This document shows positions 38,866-49,722 of a DNA stretch of 64,000 nucleotides, one piece after another. The position numbers were made by a program, and so were the translations under genes. The stretch is taken from NCBI GenBank assembly GCA_016184455.1, contig JACPCS010000112.1, forward strand, positions 4,822-68,821, given 5' to 3'. Position 1 is the first letter of the stretch. The number at the start of each line of letters is the position of its first letter. The notes under the pieces were generated by a model that did no database searches, had not been told where the DNA came from, and saw only the letters and a list, made by a program, of their open reading frames with translations. Source of the stretch: Acidobacteriota bacterium. GTDB lineage: Bacteria > Acidobacteriota > Vicinamibacteria > Vicinamibacterales > UBA2999.

Positions 38866-39932
38866 TGGTCATGCGACAGCTTCGCGTGCTGGTCACGGGC
38901 GCCGGTGCGCCGGGCGTCCGCGGGACGCTCCATGCGCTGCACCACAATCCCGACGGCATTGAGATCTCCACGGTCGGCGTCGATCTGCAGGCGGATCCAG
39001 TCGGACGGCACATGGTCGACCGTTTCTTCCAGGTGCCGGCGCCGGAGTCAGACGCCTATCTGGACGTGCTGGCCGACATCGGCCGGCGCGAAGCCATCGA
39101 CGTCATCGTCCCCCAGACCACGCGGGAAGTCGCCGTGCTGGCGCGGCGGCGAGGAGACCTGCCGGTCCCGGTGATGGTCGGCGATGCCGAAGCGGTCGAA
39201 CGAGCGAACGACAAGTTCCGGCTGCTCGAGGCGTTTGCCGAGATCGGCCTGCCGCATCCGGAATACGCGCTCGTCACGAGCCCTGCGGAGCTGGTGCGCG
39301 CCGCCGAGCGCTTCGGATATCCCGTCAGGCCGGTGGTCGTGAAGCCGCCCGTGTCCAACGGCATGCGCGGGCTCCGGATCCTGCGGGAGCACGCGTGGAA
39401 CGTCGAGCGCTACCTCCGCGAGAAGCCGACGGGCATCGAGATCTCGCTGCCGGCGCTCTGCGAGATTCTCGAGCGCGGCACGGCGTGGCCGGCACTCCTC
39501 GTCACCGAGTACCTGCCGGGCGCGGAGTACTCGGTCGATGCATTCGTGGGTACGAGCACGGAAGTCGCCATCCCGCGGCTTCGCTGCGCGATCCGCGACG
39601 GCATCAGTTTTCGGACGGCGCTCGACTGGCGCGAAGACCTGATCCGGCCGACGCTCGATGGCGCCCGGTACATCGGCCTGCGGCTCGTGTTCGGGTTCCA
39701 GTACAAGCTCGACGCGCACGGCGTTCCAAAGGTGCTCGAGTGCAATCCGCGCGTCCAGGGCACGATGGTCGCGAGCCTCTTCAGCGGCACCAATGTCGTC
39801 TGGCTCGGCATTCGTGAGCTTCTGGGATGGCCCGGCACGCCTGCAACCCGTCCCGTTTCGCCCGGCGCCGCGTTCTACCGCTTCTGGGGCGGCCTCGCCG
39901 TCCAGGCCGACGGGACGACGATCGAGATCTGA
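38862..39932 (+). CDS. ATP-grasp domain protein
   Basis: NDKFRL, VVKPP..NGMRG, EYLPGAEYSVD, LECNPR motifs. Confidence 0.85.
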   Translation: MMVMRQLRVLVTGAGAPGVRGTLHALHHNPDGIEISTVGVDLQADPVGRHMVDRFFQVPAPESDAYLDVLADIGRREAIDVIVPQTTREVAVLARRRGDLPVPVMVGDAEAVERANDKFRLLEAFAEIGLPHPEYALVTSPAELVRAAERFGYPVRPVVVKPPVSNGMRGLRILREHAWNVERYLREKPTGIEISLPALCEILERGTAWPALLVTEYLPGAEYSVDAFVGTSTEVAIPRLRCAIRDGISFRTALDWREDLIRPTLDGARYIGLRLVFGFQYKLDAHGVPKVLECNPRVQGTMVASLFSGTNVVWLGIRELLGWPGTPATRPVSPGAAFYRFWGGLAVQADGTTIEI

Positions 39933-39937
39933 CGCAC

Positions 39938-41197
39938 ATGCACGTGTGGGTGATCAAGGACGGCGAGGTGCTGCCGCTGGATCCGTCGAGCAGCCGGATG
40001 CGAACCGGCATGCTGGCCACGGAGCTCTGCCGCCGCGGTCATACCGTCACCTGGTGGGCGAGCACCTTTTCGCACCAGACGAAGGAGCGGCTGTTCGACC
40101 GCGACACCGTGGTCCGCATCGACTCGCGCCTGCAGCTCCGCCTTCTGCACGGCGGCATCTATCGGCGAAACGTCTCGCTGCGGCGGGCCATACACCATCG
40201 CATCGTCGGCCGCCGGTTCGCCCGCGCGGCCCGGTCGGTACCGCGGCCGGACGTTGTGGTCGCGGCGCTGCCGACGATCGACCTGGCGTACCACGCGGCC
40301 CGCTACTGTGAGGCGTCGAAGGTGCCCCTCGTCGTCGACGTCCGGGACCCGTGGCCCGAGTCGCTGGTCGACAAGTGCCCGCCGCTGCTGCAGTCCGTCG
40401 CCCGGCGGCTGCTCGCGTACGAGTACCGGCGCGCGGCCGCGGCGCTGCGCGGCGCGACGGCCATCGCCGCCATCACGCCGGGATGCCTGCAGTGGGGCCT
40501 CGACCTGGCTGGACGGCAGCGGTCGTCTGCCGACGCGGTGTTCGCTCTCGGCGCGGAGCCAATTCGGCCGGTAGGTGCGCCAACCGCCGCCGTGCGCGAC
40601 GTGCTGACCCGGATTCGCGACAAGGTCGTCTTCATCTATGTCGGCACCTTCGGTCACTCGTATCAACTGGGGCTCGTCGCCGACGTCGCCGAGGATCTCG
40701 ATCGGCGCGGCGTCGAAGAGGCGCATTTCGTGCTGGCGGGCGACGGCCAGCAGCTCGCGGGGTTGCGCCGGCGGGCGGCGCGGCTGCGCAATCTGACCGT
40801 GACGGGGTGGCTGAACCGAACCGATCGTGGTCACCTGCTGGCCGCCGCGTCCGTCGGACTCGCCCCGTTGCTGAGCGTGCCGCAGGCGCTCGGAAACAAG
40901 GTGTGTGAATACCTGGCGGCCGGGTTACCGCTGCTTACCTCCTTGCGGGGCGAAACGGGCGACCTGATCAGGAGCCACGGTGTCGGCTATCTCTATAGGG
41001 CTGGTGATGTCACGTCGCTCCGTGCGGCGGTGGAGGCCATGCTGTCGGCCCCGACCGAACGCGCGCGAATGGCGGCCCGCAGCCGCGAGTTGTTCGAACA
41101 TCGGTTCCAGGCCTGCCACATTTACTCCGCGTACGCAGATCTCGTCGAACGCCTCGGCGCCCAAGTCACCGCCGTGGCGGCCGCGGCGGCCAGCTGA
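39938..41197 (+). CDS. Glycosyltransferase family 4
   Basis: DVRDPWPES, YVGTFG.SY, NKVCEYLAAGLP motifs. Confidence 0.88.
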   Translation: MHVWVIKDGEVLPLDPSSSRMRTGMLATELCRRGHTVTWWASTFSHQTKERLFDRDTVVRIDSRLQLRLLHGGIYRRNVSLRRAIHHRIVGRRFARAARSVPRPDVVVAALPTIDLAYHAARYCEASKVPLVVDVRDPWPESLVDKCPPLLQSVARRLLAYEYRRAAAALRGATAIAAITPGCLQWGLDLAGRQRSSADAVFALGAEPIRPVGAPTAAVRDVLTRIRDKVVFIYVGTFGHSYQLGLVADVAEDLDRRGVEEAHFVLAGDGQQLAGLRRRAARLRNLTVTGWLNRTDRGHLLAAASVGLAPLLSVPQALGNKVCEYLAAGLPLLTSLRGETGDLIRSHGVGYLYRAGDVTSLRAAVEAMLSAPTERARMAARSRELFEHRFQACHIYSAYADLVERLGAQVTAVAAAAAS

Positions 41198-41214
41198 TCG
41201 CGACGGCTTCTGAC

Positions 41215-41976
41215 ATGTTGAAACGCGTCCTCCGGAAATCGCATTGGGCCTACACGCGGCTGCAGCACGGGTACTACGCCGGGTGCGGTGCGCTGGAGCG
41301 GCGCCTGCTCGGCACGAAGCTGCAGGTGTGGCGCTGGCGCATGCGGGGCACCTGCTTTCGCCGTGACGAGATCACAGCGAGCGCCCACTCCCAGGGTCAT
41401 CCGCATCGCGATCTGCTGATCGACCGAGTGGCCGCACTGGCCCCGTTCACCAATGTGCTCGAGGTCGGCTGTGGTGGCGGTCCGAATCTGCTTCGTCTCG
41501 CCGAGCGATTCCCAGGCGTGCGGCTCCACGGCGTGGATGTCAACGCTCGTGCGCTGCGATTCGCGGCCGACGCGCTGCGCGGCATGGAATGGCCGGCACG
41601 ACTGTACCTCGCCACCGCATCGGCGCTGTCGCCGTTCCCGAACGACAGCGTGGACGTTGTCGTCACGGATGCCGTCCTCATGTACGTCGGACCGGATCGA
41701 ATCTCCAACGCAATCGCCGAGATCGTGCGTGTCGCACGACGCGGCGCCGTGCTCATCGAGTGGCACACGCCCACGCGAGCGTCGGAGCCCCAGGCATCGC
41801 GATACCACTTCGCACACTGGATTCACGACTATCGGGCGCTGTTTCTGCAGCACGGCTGCTCGAACGTACGCGTCGCCGCGCTGCCGCCGAACGTCTGGGA
41901 CGATACAGGGTGGCGGGCGTTCGGCGCCGTCATTGAAGTCGACACACGCCCGAGTAGAGCCGGACACATAGGTTGA
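41215..41976 (+). CDS. Class I SAM-dependent methyltransferase
   Basis: VLEVGCGGG, GVDVN, SVDVV..DAVLMY motifs. Confidence 0.85.
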   Translation: MLKRVLRKSHWAYTRLQHGYYAGCGALERRLLGTKLQVWRWRMRGTCFRRDEITASAHSQGHPHRDLLIDRVAALAPFTNVLEVGCGGGPNLLRLAERFPGVRLHGVDVNARALRFAADALRGMEWPARLYLATASALSPFPNDSVDVVVTDAVLMYVGPDRISNAIAEIVRVARRGAVLIEWHTPTRASEPQASRYHFAHWIHDYRALFLQHGCSNVRVAALPPNVWDDTGWRAFGAVIEVDTRPSRAGHIG

Positions 41977-42632
41977 TCGTGAAACGGCTCTTCGATCTCG
42001 CGCTCAGCACGATGGCGCTGCCGCTCGCCCTACCGTTCGGCGTCGCGATCGCGCTCCTCATCAAGCTCGATTCTCCCGGCCCCATCTTTTATCGGGGGGT
42101 GCGCACGGGGCGGGGCATGAAGCCGTTCCGCATCTTCAAGTTCCGGACGATGGTCGACCAGGCCGAGCGGCTGGGCGGCCCCTCGACCGCGCACCACGAT
42201 CCGCGGCTGACCCGCGTCGGCGCCGTGCTGCGGCGCTACAAGCTCGACGAGCTGCCGCAGCTCCTCAACATCCTCCGCGGCGAGATGAGCGTCGTGGGGC
42301 CGCGACCCCAGGTCGAGGAGTACACCCGGCTGCACACGGCGGAGGAGCGCGTCATCTTCGACGTCCGGCCGGGTCTCACCGATTTCGCTTCGATTCGGTT
42401 CATCAATCTCGACGAGCTGCTGGGCGACGAGAACGTCGACGAGCGGTACCGCCGCGAGGTGGAGCCGATCAAGAACCGGCTGCGCGTGCGATACGTGCGC
42501 GAGCGAAGCCTCGGCGTCGACCTGAAGATTCTCGGTCTGACGCTGCTGGCACTCGCGGGGCTCTATCGGATGCCGGCGGATGAAGCGGAGGCATGCGCCT
42601 CCGTGCGGATGAGGACCGCGCGATCAGGATGA
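41973..42632 (+). CDS. Initiating phosphoglycosyl transferase (bacterial sugar transferase, PglC-like)
   Basis: KRLFD, KFRTM, DPR.T.VG..LR..KLDELPQL.N.L.GEMS.VGPRP motifs. Confidence 0.92.
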   Translation: MIVKRLFDLALSTMALPLALPFGVAIALLIKLDSPGPIFYRGVRTGRGMKPFRIFKFRTMVDQAERLGGPSTAHHDPRLTRVGAVLRRYKLDELPQLLNILRGEMSVVGPRPQVEEYTRLHTAEERVIFDVRPGLTDFASIRFINLDELLGDENVDERYRREVEPIKNRLRVRYVRERSLGVDLKILGLTLLALAGLYRMPADEAEACASVRMRTARSG

Positions 42633-44557
42633 CGACCGCCCAGAGGCTCGCTTGCGGCCTCGCCGAGGCCGCAATCCAATACCGGCGCATCGGCAATGTG
42701 CTGCTGCACATTCTGCTGGCGGCGTCTGCGAATTCCGTCGCGTTCTGGCTGCGCTTCGACGGCCAGGTTCCCGTGGACCAGACCGCGCTGCGGCTCAATC
42801 TCGTGCCGGCGCTGCTGCTGGTGCGCGTGGTGACGCTGCTGCCGTTCCGGCTCTATGAGGGCGTGTGGCGATACACGGGCTGGTGGGACCTGCGCAACAC
42901 CGTGCTCGCGGTGGTGGCGAGCTCGACCGCGTTCTTCGTGCTCGTGCACGGGATTCTCGGCAACGAGCGCTACCCGCGATCGGTCTTCATCATCGAGGCG
43001 CTGCTCCTGATCTTCATGATGTGCGGCGTTCGGGCCATCGGCCGCGTCTCCCGCGAGCTGTGGGGCTTCCGGCGGCACCGCCGGGTGTTGATCTGCGGCG
43101 CGGGCGACGCCGGCGCGATGCTCGCGCGGGAGATGCGGGAGCATTCGGGCTACCTCCCGGTCGGCTTCGTCGACGACGACCGGCGGAAGCTCGGCCAGCG
43201 GATCCATGGCGCGCCGGTCCTCGGCACGCGGAAGGACCTGCCGTGGATCGTGGAGCGGTACGCCCCGGAGGAGGCGCTCATTGCGATGCCAGGCGCCGGG
43301 CCGGCCGCCGTTCGCGCCTTCGTCGAGGCACTGCGGCCGTTCAAGCTGCTCATCACCACCACGCCGGGCGCGCGCGAGATTATCGACGGCAAAGTGGCGG
43401 TCGGCCAGATCCGGAAGCTGCAGATCGAGGATCTGCTGAGCAGGGCGCCGATCGTGCCGCAGCCGCTGCTCGTCAAGGAGCTGATCCGCGGTCGCCGCAT
43501 CCTGGTCACCGGCGCGGGCGGCTCGATCGGCTCCGAGCTGTGCCGCCAGATTGCCCTGCTCGAGCCGGAGGTGCTCGTGCTCTTCGAGCGGCACGAGAAC
43601 GCGCTCTACGAGATTGCGAGCAGCCTCGCCGATCAGGGCCTTCGCTCGGTGCGGCCCGTCGTCGGCGACATCACCGACCAGAAGCGCGTCGATGCCGTGT
43701 TCGCCGAGCACCGTCCGGAGCTCGTGTTCCATGCCGCCGCGCACAAACACGTGCCGATGATGGAAGACAACCCGTGCGAGGCGGTCAAGAACAACGTCGG
43801 CGGCACGCGCACGCTCGTCGACGCGGCCAGGCGCCACGATGTCGGGACGTTCGTGCTGATCTCCACGGACAAGGCGGTCAATCCGACGAGCGTGATGGGC
43901 GCGACCAAGCGCGTCGCGGAGCTGATGGTGCGCGCGCAGCGCGCGAATGGCACGTCGTACCTCACGGTTCGCTTCGGCAACGTGCTGGCCAGCAATGGGA
44001 GTGTCGTGCCGCGCTTCCTGGAGCAGATTCGCGCGGGCGGGCCGCTGACGGTCACCCACCCCGACGTGACGCGCTATTTCATGCTCATCCCCGAGGCCGT
44101 CCATCTGGTGCTGCAGGCGGCCGCCGTGGGCGAGCACGGCAGCACTTACGTGCTGGATATGGGCGAGCAGATCCGCGTCGCCGACATGGCGCGGACCCTC
44201 ATCCGTCTGTGCGGCTTCGTGCCCGACGAGGAGATCCGTGTCGACTTCGTGGGCCTGCGTCCGGGGGAGAAGCTGTTCGAGGAGCTCGTCACCGAGGATG
44301 AGACGGTGCGCCGGTCGGCCGTCGACCACGTCCTCGAGGTCATGCCGGCGCGCGGGCCGGATGTGCGATCGCTGGCCGCCCGCGTCCGCGAGCTCGAAGC
44401 CGCCGCCGCCGCGGACGACGCCGCGGGAGTTCTCGCGCTGCTGAAACGGGTCGTGCCCGAGTACGAGCCGCCCGAGATCGGTGAGGCGCCGACGACGCCT
44501 GCGCCGGTGCCCACCGCCCCGCACGTCCTGGCGGCGAAGAAGGTGCGCTTTGCGTGA
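42629..44557 (+). CDS. Membrane-bound UDP-GlcNAc 4,6-dehydratase (CapD/PglF/WbpM family)
   Basis: 4 TM, GAGDAG, VTGAGGSIGSEL, HAAAHKHVP, STDKAVNP, VRFGNV, GLRPGEKL motifs. Confidence 0.92.
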   Translation: MTTAQRLACGLAEAAIQYRRIGNVLLHILLAASANSVAFWLRFDGQVPVDQTALRLNLVPALLLVRVVTLLPFRLYEGVWRYTGWWDLRNTVLAVVASSTAFFVLVHGILGNERYPRSVFIIEALLLIFMMCGVRAIGRVSRELWGFRRHRRVLICGAGDAGAMLAREMREHSGYLPVGFVDDDRRKLGQRIHGAPVLGTRKDLPWIVERYAPEEALIAMPGAGPAAVRAFVEALRPFKLLITTTPGAREIIDGKVAVGQIRKLQIEDLLSRAPIVPQPLLVKELIRGRRILVTGAGGSIGSELCRQIALLEPEVLVLFERHENALYEIASSLADQGLRSVRPVVGDITDQKRVDAVFAEHRPELVFHAAAHKHVPMMEDNPCEAVKNNVGGTRTLVDAARRHDVGTFVLISTDKAVNPTSVMGATKRVAELMVRAQRANGTSYLTVRFGNVLASNGSVVPRFLEQIRAGGPLTVTHPDVTRYFMLIPEAVHLVLQAAAVGEHGSTYVLDMGEQIRVADMARTLIRLCGFVPDEEIRVDFVGLRPGEKLFEELVTEDETVRRSAVDHVLEVMPARGPDVRSLAARVRELEAAAAADDAAGVLALLKRVVPEYEPPEIGEAPTTPAPVPTAPHVLAAKKVRFA

Positions 44558-45968
44558 ACGCGTCACCGCGGGCGTAATTGCCGTGCTCCTCGCCGCATCG
44601 GCATTCTGCTTCGGGGCCGTCTATCCGTGGGCGTACCTCCCGCTGCTCGCTGCGGCGGTCGCTGTTGGCGCGGCAGGCCTGCGTCTCGGGCGTGGACGCG
44701 CATTCCCCCTGTCCCTGGGCGTCGCGTTCGTGGCGGTCGGGGTGGCCATCGGCGCCCAGCTCGTCCCACTCCCCAGTGGAGTGCTCGAGAGGGCCGTCCC
44801 CACGACGCACCGCCTCCTCGAGGACATCGATGCCGCCTATGCCGCGCGCGGGGGAGCCCACGCGCTCTCGGTGCATCCGACCTCGACGGCGCTCGCGCTC
44901 GCGTTCTACAGCGCCTTTGCCCTGCTCGTCGCGGGTCTGTCGGTGGTGCTCTCCCGCAGCGCCACCGCGGTCCGCCTGGTGGCCGGTGGGATCGTGGGGA
45001 CCGGCGCGCTGCTGGCGTCCGTCGGTCTCGCGCAGCGCGCCACCTTCAACGGCCGCGTGTTGTGGGTCTGGGAACCCTCGGGATGGCATCCGCCAGACCC
45101 GTTCGGCCCGTTCCTCAACCGCAATCACTTTGCCGGCTGGATGATCATGGCGCTGCCCGTCGTGCTCGGCTGGTTTGCCGCCCGCTGCGCCGGCGGCATG
45201 CGTCACCGAGCGCGCACGACGCGCGAGCGGCTCCTCTGGCTCGGCTCGCCGGCGGCCGGCGGCGCGATGGTGCTGCTCGCGGCTGCCGTGCTGATGGCGC
45301 TGTCGCTGGTCCTGACGCTTTCCCGGTCGGGCATCATCGGGCTGCTGGCGGTCGCCGCCACCTTTGGGGCCGTGCTCCTCACGAGAACAGGCGGCGCCGC
45401 GCGCACGCTGGCCGTGACGGGTCTGGCGACGATGCTGCTCGTCGCGCTCGTGCAGGCAGGCACCGATCCCGTGTTCCGCCGCTTCGCGGGCGGCGCGTCG
45501 TCACTCGAGGCGCGTGTCGAGATCTGGGATGTGGCGCTCGACCGAATCGGGCGGTTCTGGCCCACTGGCACCGGCCTCAACACCTTCGGCGTCGTCACCC
45601 TCGCGACCGAGCCGGATCGCCCCTGGCAGTTCACCGAAGCGCACAACGAATACCTGCAGCTCGCGTCGGAGGGCGGCGTGCTCGTCGTGGTACCCGTGCT
45701 GGTGCTCGTCGGCTTCGCGTTCGCCACGATCCGGCGACGCTTTCGTGCCGACCGCCCCGATGGCGTCCGGCGGTGGATCCGTTTTGGAGCGGTGACGGGC
45801 CTGCTGGCCATCGCGCTGCAGGCGGCGGTCGATTTCAGCCTGCACGTGCCCGCGAACGCGCTGCTATTGTCCGTCCTGCTCGCCGTCGCACTGCACCGCG
45901 CGCCAGTCCGCGTGAAGCGCCGCCGACCGGTGCTGATTCATGGAGCACATGCGCGTACCGCTCGTTGA
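44550..45968 (+). CDS. O-antigen ligase family protein (Wzy_C; WaaL/O-oligosaccharyltransferase-like)
   Basis: [47 protein letters not shown] motifs. Confidence 0.85.
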   Translation: MRERVTAGVIAVLLAASAFCFGAVYPWAYLPLLAAAVAVGAAGLRLGRGRAFPLSLGVAFVAVGVAIGAQLVPLPSGVLERAVPTTHRLLEDIDAAYAARGGAHALSVHPTSTALALAFYSAFALLVAGLSVVLSRSATAVRLVAGGIVGTGALLASVGLAQRATFNGRVLWVWEPSGWHPPDPFGPFLNRNHFAGWMIMALPVVLGWFAARCAGGMRHRARTTRERLLWLGSPAAGGAMVLLAAAVLMALSLVLTLSRSGIIGLLAVAATFGAVLLTRTGGAARTLAVTGLATMLLVALVQAGTDPVFRRFAGGASSLEARVEIWDVALDRIGRFWPTGTGLNTFGVVTLATEPDRPWQFTEAHNEYLQLASEGGVLVVVPVLVLVGFAFATIRRRFRADRPDGVRRWIRFGAVTGLLAIALQAAVDFSLHVPANALLLSVLLAVALHRAPVRVKRRRPVLIHGAHARTAR

Positions 45969-47073
45969 CCTGACCCGCCAGTACGCACAGGTTCGGCCGG
46001 AAGTGCTCGAAGCCATTGTCCGCGTCTGCGATCGCCAGCAGTTCATCCTCGGCGCCGAAGTGGAGCAGTTCGAGCAGGCGCTCTCCGCGAGGCTCGGTGT
46101 GAATGCCGCGATTGGCGTCTCGTCCGGGTCCGATGCGCTGCTGCTGGCGCTGATGGCGCTCGAGGCCGGGCCCGGCGACGAAGTCATCACGACGGCGTTT
46201 TCGTTCTTCGCCACCGCCGGCGCCATCGCCCGCCTCGGCGCCCGGCCGGTGTTCGTGGACGTGGACGACTCCTATAACCTCGATCCCGCTGCCGTCGGCG
46301 CGGCGATCACGCGCCGCACGCGGGCCATCATTGCCGTCCACCTGTTCGGGCTGTGCGCCGACATGGATCCGATCCTGGCCGCGGCGCGCGCGGCCGGCGT
46401 GCCGGTGATCGAAGACGCCGCCCAGGCCATCGACGCCACGTACGCTGGCCGGCCGGCCGGCCGCCTCGGCGACATCGGATGCTTCTCGTTCTTCCCGAGC
46501 AAGAATCTCGGCGCGTTCGGCGATGCCGGCCTGGTGACGACCGACGACCCGGCGCTCGCGCGGCGCATCCGGCTCCTGCGTACGCACGGCGCGGAGACGA
46601 AGTACCACCACCAGCTCGTCGGCGGAAACTTCCGACTCGACGCGCTGCAGGCGGCGGTTCTGCACGCCAAGCTGCCGTACCTCTCCGCGTGGACGTCGCG
46701 GCGCCGCGAGCGCGCGCAGCGGTACACGCGCCTGTTCGAGGCGTCGGGCCTGTCGAGTGCGATCGCGCTACCGGTCGAGCCGTGCCGCCGCCGGCACGTC
46801 TATCACCAGTACGTCGTGCGCACGGACCAGCGGGACGCGCTCCGCGCCCATCTCGCCGCGCGCGGCGTTGAAACCGCCGTCTACTATCCGGTCCCGCTTC
46901 ACCTGCAGGAATGTTTCGCGCCGCTCGGATACGGACCGGGCGATTTCCCGCGCGCCGAGGACGCGGCGCGCACCACCCTCGCGCTGCCGATGTACCCCGA
47001 ACTGACCGATAACGAACAAGAGTACGTGGTCGACGCGGTCGCCCACTTCTCAACCGAGTGTGCCACGCTATGA
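45940..47073 (+). CDS. DegT-family aminotransferase (WbpE-like)
   Basis: [39 protein letters not shown] motifs. Confidence 0.88.
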   Translation: MEHMRVPLVDLTRQYAQVRPEVLEAIVRVCDRQQFILGAEVEQFEQALSARLGVNAAIGVSSGSDALLLALMALEAGPGDEVITTAFSFFATAGAIARLGARPVFVDVDDSYNLDPAAVGAAITRRTRAIIAVHLFGLCADMDPILAAARAAGVPVIEDAAQAIDATYAGRPAGRLGDIGCFSFFPSKNLGAFGDAGLVTTDDPALARRIRLLRTHGAETKYHHQLVGGNFRLDALQAAVLHAKLPYLSAWTSRRRERAQRYTRLFEASGLSSAIALPVEPCRRRHVYHQYVVRTDQRDALRAHLAARGVETAVYYPVPLHLQECFAPLGYGPGDFPRAEDAARTTLALPMYPELTDNEQEYVVDAVAHFSTECATL

Positions 47074-48275
47074 GACTTCATCCGCGACTGCTCCTGTGTC
47101 TCTCGCTGACGTGCGTGGTGACCGCGGGGCGGCCGGCTGGCGCGCAGCAGCGCGGAGACGATCCGGTCGAGACCGCGCGCATCCAGATCGGCCCGCTGGG
47201 TGTCACGCCGGCGATTGCCGTGAGCAATATCGGCATCGATTCGAACGTGTTCCGCTCGGAGGAACGTCCGGAGCGGGATGTGACCTTCACCGTCTCGCCC
47301 GGCGCGACCGCATGGCTGCGGGCGGGGCGCACCCGACTCACGCTGGAAGGCCGCAGCGATATGGTCTACTTCCAGCGGTACGCCAGCGAGCGGAGCCTGG
47401 ACGGCACGATCGGCGGACGGTACGAAATCCGCGCCAACCGCCTGACGCCCTGGGTCGCCGGGCAGTGGACGAGCGGCCGGCAGCGCGTCGGATATGAAAT
47501 CGACGCTCGTTCGCGGCGCGTCGAGCGGCAGACCGGCGCGGGCGTCGATCTGCGCCTGCGGCCCAACACGGACATCACGCTGTCGGTGCAGCGCACCGAC
47601 CACGCCTACGACGCGGACGCCATGTTCCTCGGCACGAGCCTGTACGAGGTCCTGAACCGTCGTGGCGAGTCGATGGCCATCGGGCTCTCGCAGCGGCTCA
47701 CGTCGCTGACGACGTTCAAGCTCGAGGGGCAGCAGATCCGGGACCGGTTCGTCCACGCGCCCGCACGTGACGCGGATGCCGCACGCCTGCTCGCCGGATT
47801 CGATCTCGAGCCGTTCGCGCTCATTTCCGGGAGCGTCCGCGTTGGCTACCAGCGATTCGATCTGCGCGACAACGTGCCCGACTACACGGGCCTGGTCGCC
47901 TGGGCCGACGCCGCCTATACGCTGCTCGGCCGGACGCGGTTCGACGTGGTCGGCCAGCGCGAGATCAACTACTCCTTCGACGTCGCCAGTCCGTATTACG
48001 TGCTCACCGGCGGCCAGCTGACTGTGACGCCCCGGCTGTCGTCACACTGGGACCTCCAGGGCCGGATCGGCCGCCATCAGCTCGACTATCGCGCCGCACA
48101 CGGCGGATCGGGCCGCGTCGAGCACCACCTGCTGCACGGCGGCGGCATCGGGTACCGGCTCGGCGCGTCGGTGCGCGTCGCGTTCGACGTCGATCGTGAA
48201 CAGCGGGCGTCGGGCGTGCCGGGCCGCGAGTACCGCGGGTACAAGATGGGAGTGTCGATGACCTATGGGCGCTAA
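47070..48275 (+). CDS. Outer-membrane beta-barrel protein associated with polysaccharide export
   Basis: Signal peptide, DSNVF motif, alternating amphipathic strands, terminal aromatic residue; directly upstream of wza. Confidence 0.75.
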   Translation: MRLHPRLLLCLSLTCVVTAGRPAGAQQRGDDPVETARIQIGPLGVTPAIAVSNIGIDSNVFRSEERPERDVTFTVSPGATAWLRAGRTRLTLEGRSDMVYFQRYASERSLDGTIGGRYEIRANRLTPWVAGQWTSGRQRVGYEIDARSRRVERQTGAGVDLRLRPNTDITLSVQRTDHAYDADAMFLGTSLYEVLNRRGESMAIGLSQRLTSLTTFKLEGQQIRDRFVHAPARDADAARLLAGFDLEPFALISGSVRVGYQRFDLRDNVPDYTGLVAWADAAYTLLGRTRFDVVGQREINYSFDVASPYYVLTGGQLTVTPRLSSHWDLQGRIGRHQLDYRAAHGGSGRVEHHLLHGGGIGYRLGASVRVAFDVDREQRASGVPGREYRGYKMGVSMTYGR

Positions 48276-49098
48276 ACATTTGCTGTGTGTCACGCTTGCC
48301 GCCTGGCTCATAGACGGGGCCGCGGTCTCGCGTGCGGCGCAGGTCGCCAACTACATCGTTGGACCGCAAGACGTGCTCGCCGTCGCCGTTTGGGACCAGC
48401 CGAACCTGTCGGGCAAATTCACCGTCGATGCGGACGGGAGCTTCACGTTCCCGCTCGTCGGCCGCGTGGAGGTCGGCGGTCTGACGCTGCGCACGATCGA
48501 GGAGCTGCTGACGACACGGCTCGCGGACGGCTTCCTGCGTAACCCGCAGGTGAACGTGACGGTGGATCAGTACCGCAGCCAGCGGATCTACGTGGTGGGG
48601 GAGGTGCGTAATCCAGGCGCGTACACGCTGGACGGCCATATGACGCTCATCGAAGCGCTGGCGCGCGCGGGATCGGCGACGCCCGCGGCGAGCGGAGAGG
48701 CAGTCATCGTGCGGCCCCAGCCGGGCAACCACCGGGACGAGCCGTTGCTGCCGGATGCGGCCGAGGCGGCCGAGATCATCCGCGTCGACATCAAGGACCT
48801 GCAGAGCGGCGGGCTCGCCCGCAACGTGGCGTTGCAGGACAACGACACGATCTATCTGCCAAGGGCCGAGCTCGTGTACGTGTTCGGGCAGGTGAGAACC
48901 CCGGGCGCCTATCCGCTGCAGAAGGGCACCACCGTGCTGCAGGCGCTGTCGCTCGCCGGCGGTGTGACGGACCGTGGCGCGACCGGGCGCATCCGGATCG
49001 TCAGGCTCGAGGGTGCGAAGAAGGTCGACGTGAAGGTGCGCCTGAACGACGCCGTGCAGCCGGGCGATACGATCGTCGTCCCCGAACGGTTCTTCTAG
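48265..49098 (+). CDS. wza: Polysaccharide export protein (Wza/OPX, Poly_export + SLBB)
   Basis: YIVGPQDVL.V.VW, DG...FPLVG.V...GLT, two SLBB repeats, ends PERFF without a C-terminal OM helix. Confidence 0.88.
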   Translation: MGAKHLLCVTLAAWLIDGAAVSRAAQVANYIVGPQDVLAVAVWDQPNLSGKFTVDADGSFTFPLVGRVEVGGLTLRTIEELLTTRLADGFLRNPQVNVTVDQYRSQRIYVVGEVRNPGAYTLDGHMTLIEALARAGSATPAASGEAVIVRPQPGNHRDEPLLPDAAEAAEIIRVDIKDLQSGGLARNVALQDNDTIYLPRAELVYVFGQVRTPGAYPLQKGTTVLQALSLAGGVTDRGATGRIRIVRLEGAKKVDVKVRLNDAVQPGDTIVVPERFF

Positions 49099-49100
49099 AC

Positions 49101-49649
49101 GTGGCGTCCGGTCTCAGGGCGGTATTTCTCGATCGAGACGGCGTTCTCAACCGCCCGGTCCTCCGGCACGGATGCCTGATGTGTCCCGCTACGCCCAACG
49201 AGTGCGACCTCTATCCCGACGTGCACGACGCGCTGCCGGCGCTCCGGCGCGCCGGCTTCCGCCTCGTGGTCGTCACGAATCAGCCCGAAGTCGCACGGGG
49301 CATCCAGACCAGGGCGGGTGTCGAGGCGATTCACGCGTGGCTGCGGGGTCAGGTGCCGCTCGACGAGATCCGCGTCTGCTACCACGACGACGGCGAGTGC
49401 GGCTGCCGGAAGCCCCAGCCGGGTATGCTGCTGGCCGATGCGGCGATCGATCTCGCTCGCAGCTTCATGATCGGCGACCGGTGGCGTGATATCGAGGCCG
49501 GTCGCCGCGCGGGCTGTACGACGGTCCTGGTCGATCGCGGCTACCTCGATGCGCCCCCGTGCGACCCTGACGTGACGGTGTCGTCGCTGGGGGAGGCCGC
49601 AGCCTGGATCCTGGCGCGTGCGGGCGCGACGCGCGAGCACGCGCCCTGA
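49101..49649 (+). CDS. gmhB: D,D-heptose 1,7-bisphosphate phosphatase (HAD-IIIA)
   Basis: FLDRDGVLN, VTNQP, CxH..C.CRKP.PGML, MIGDRWRD motifs. Confidence 0.85.
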   Translation: MASGLRAVFLDRDGVLNRPVLRHGCLMCPATPNECDLYPDVHDALPALRRAGFRLVVVTNQPEVARGIQTRAGVEAIHAWLRGQVPLDEIRVCYHDDGECGCRKPQPGMLLADAAIDLARSFMIGDRWRDIEAGRRAGCTTVLVDRGYLDAPPCDPDVTVSSLGEAAAWILARAGATREHAP

Positions 49650-49689
49650 GCGGCAGGCGAGAGCAAAAGACGATTCAAGCCGACGTATG

Positions 49690-49720
49690 AACCCCAGGCA
49701 GTGTCCTGGGGTTTTTTGTT
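49690..49720 (+). terminator. Rho-independent terminator ending the glycan operon
   Basis: AACCCCAGG-cagtgt-CCTGGGGTT hairpin followed by TTTTGTT. Confidence 0.8.
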
Positions 49721-49722
49721 GC

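Noticed and set aside
42563-44566. 667-aa minus-strand ORF
   Set aside because: Antisense to the CapD-like dehydratase; no independent coding signal.
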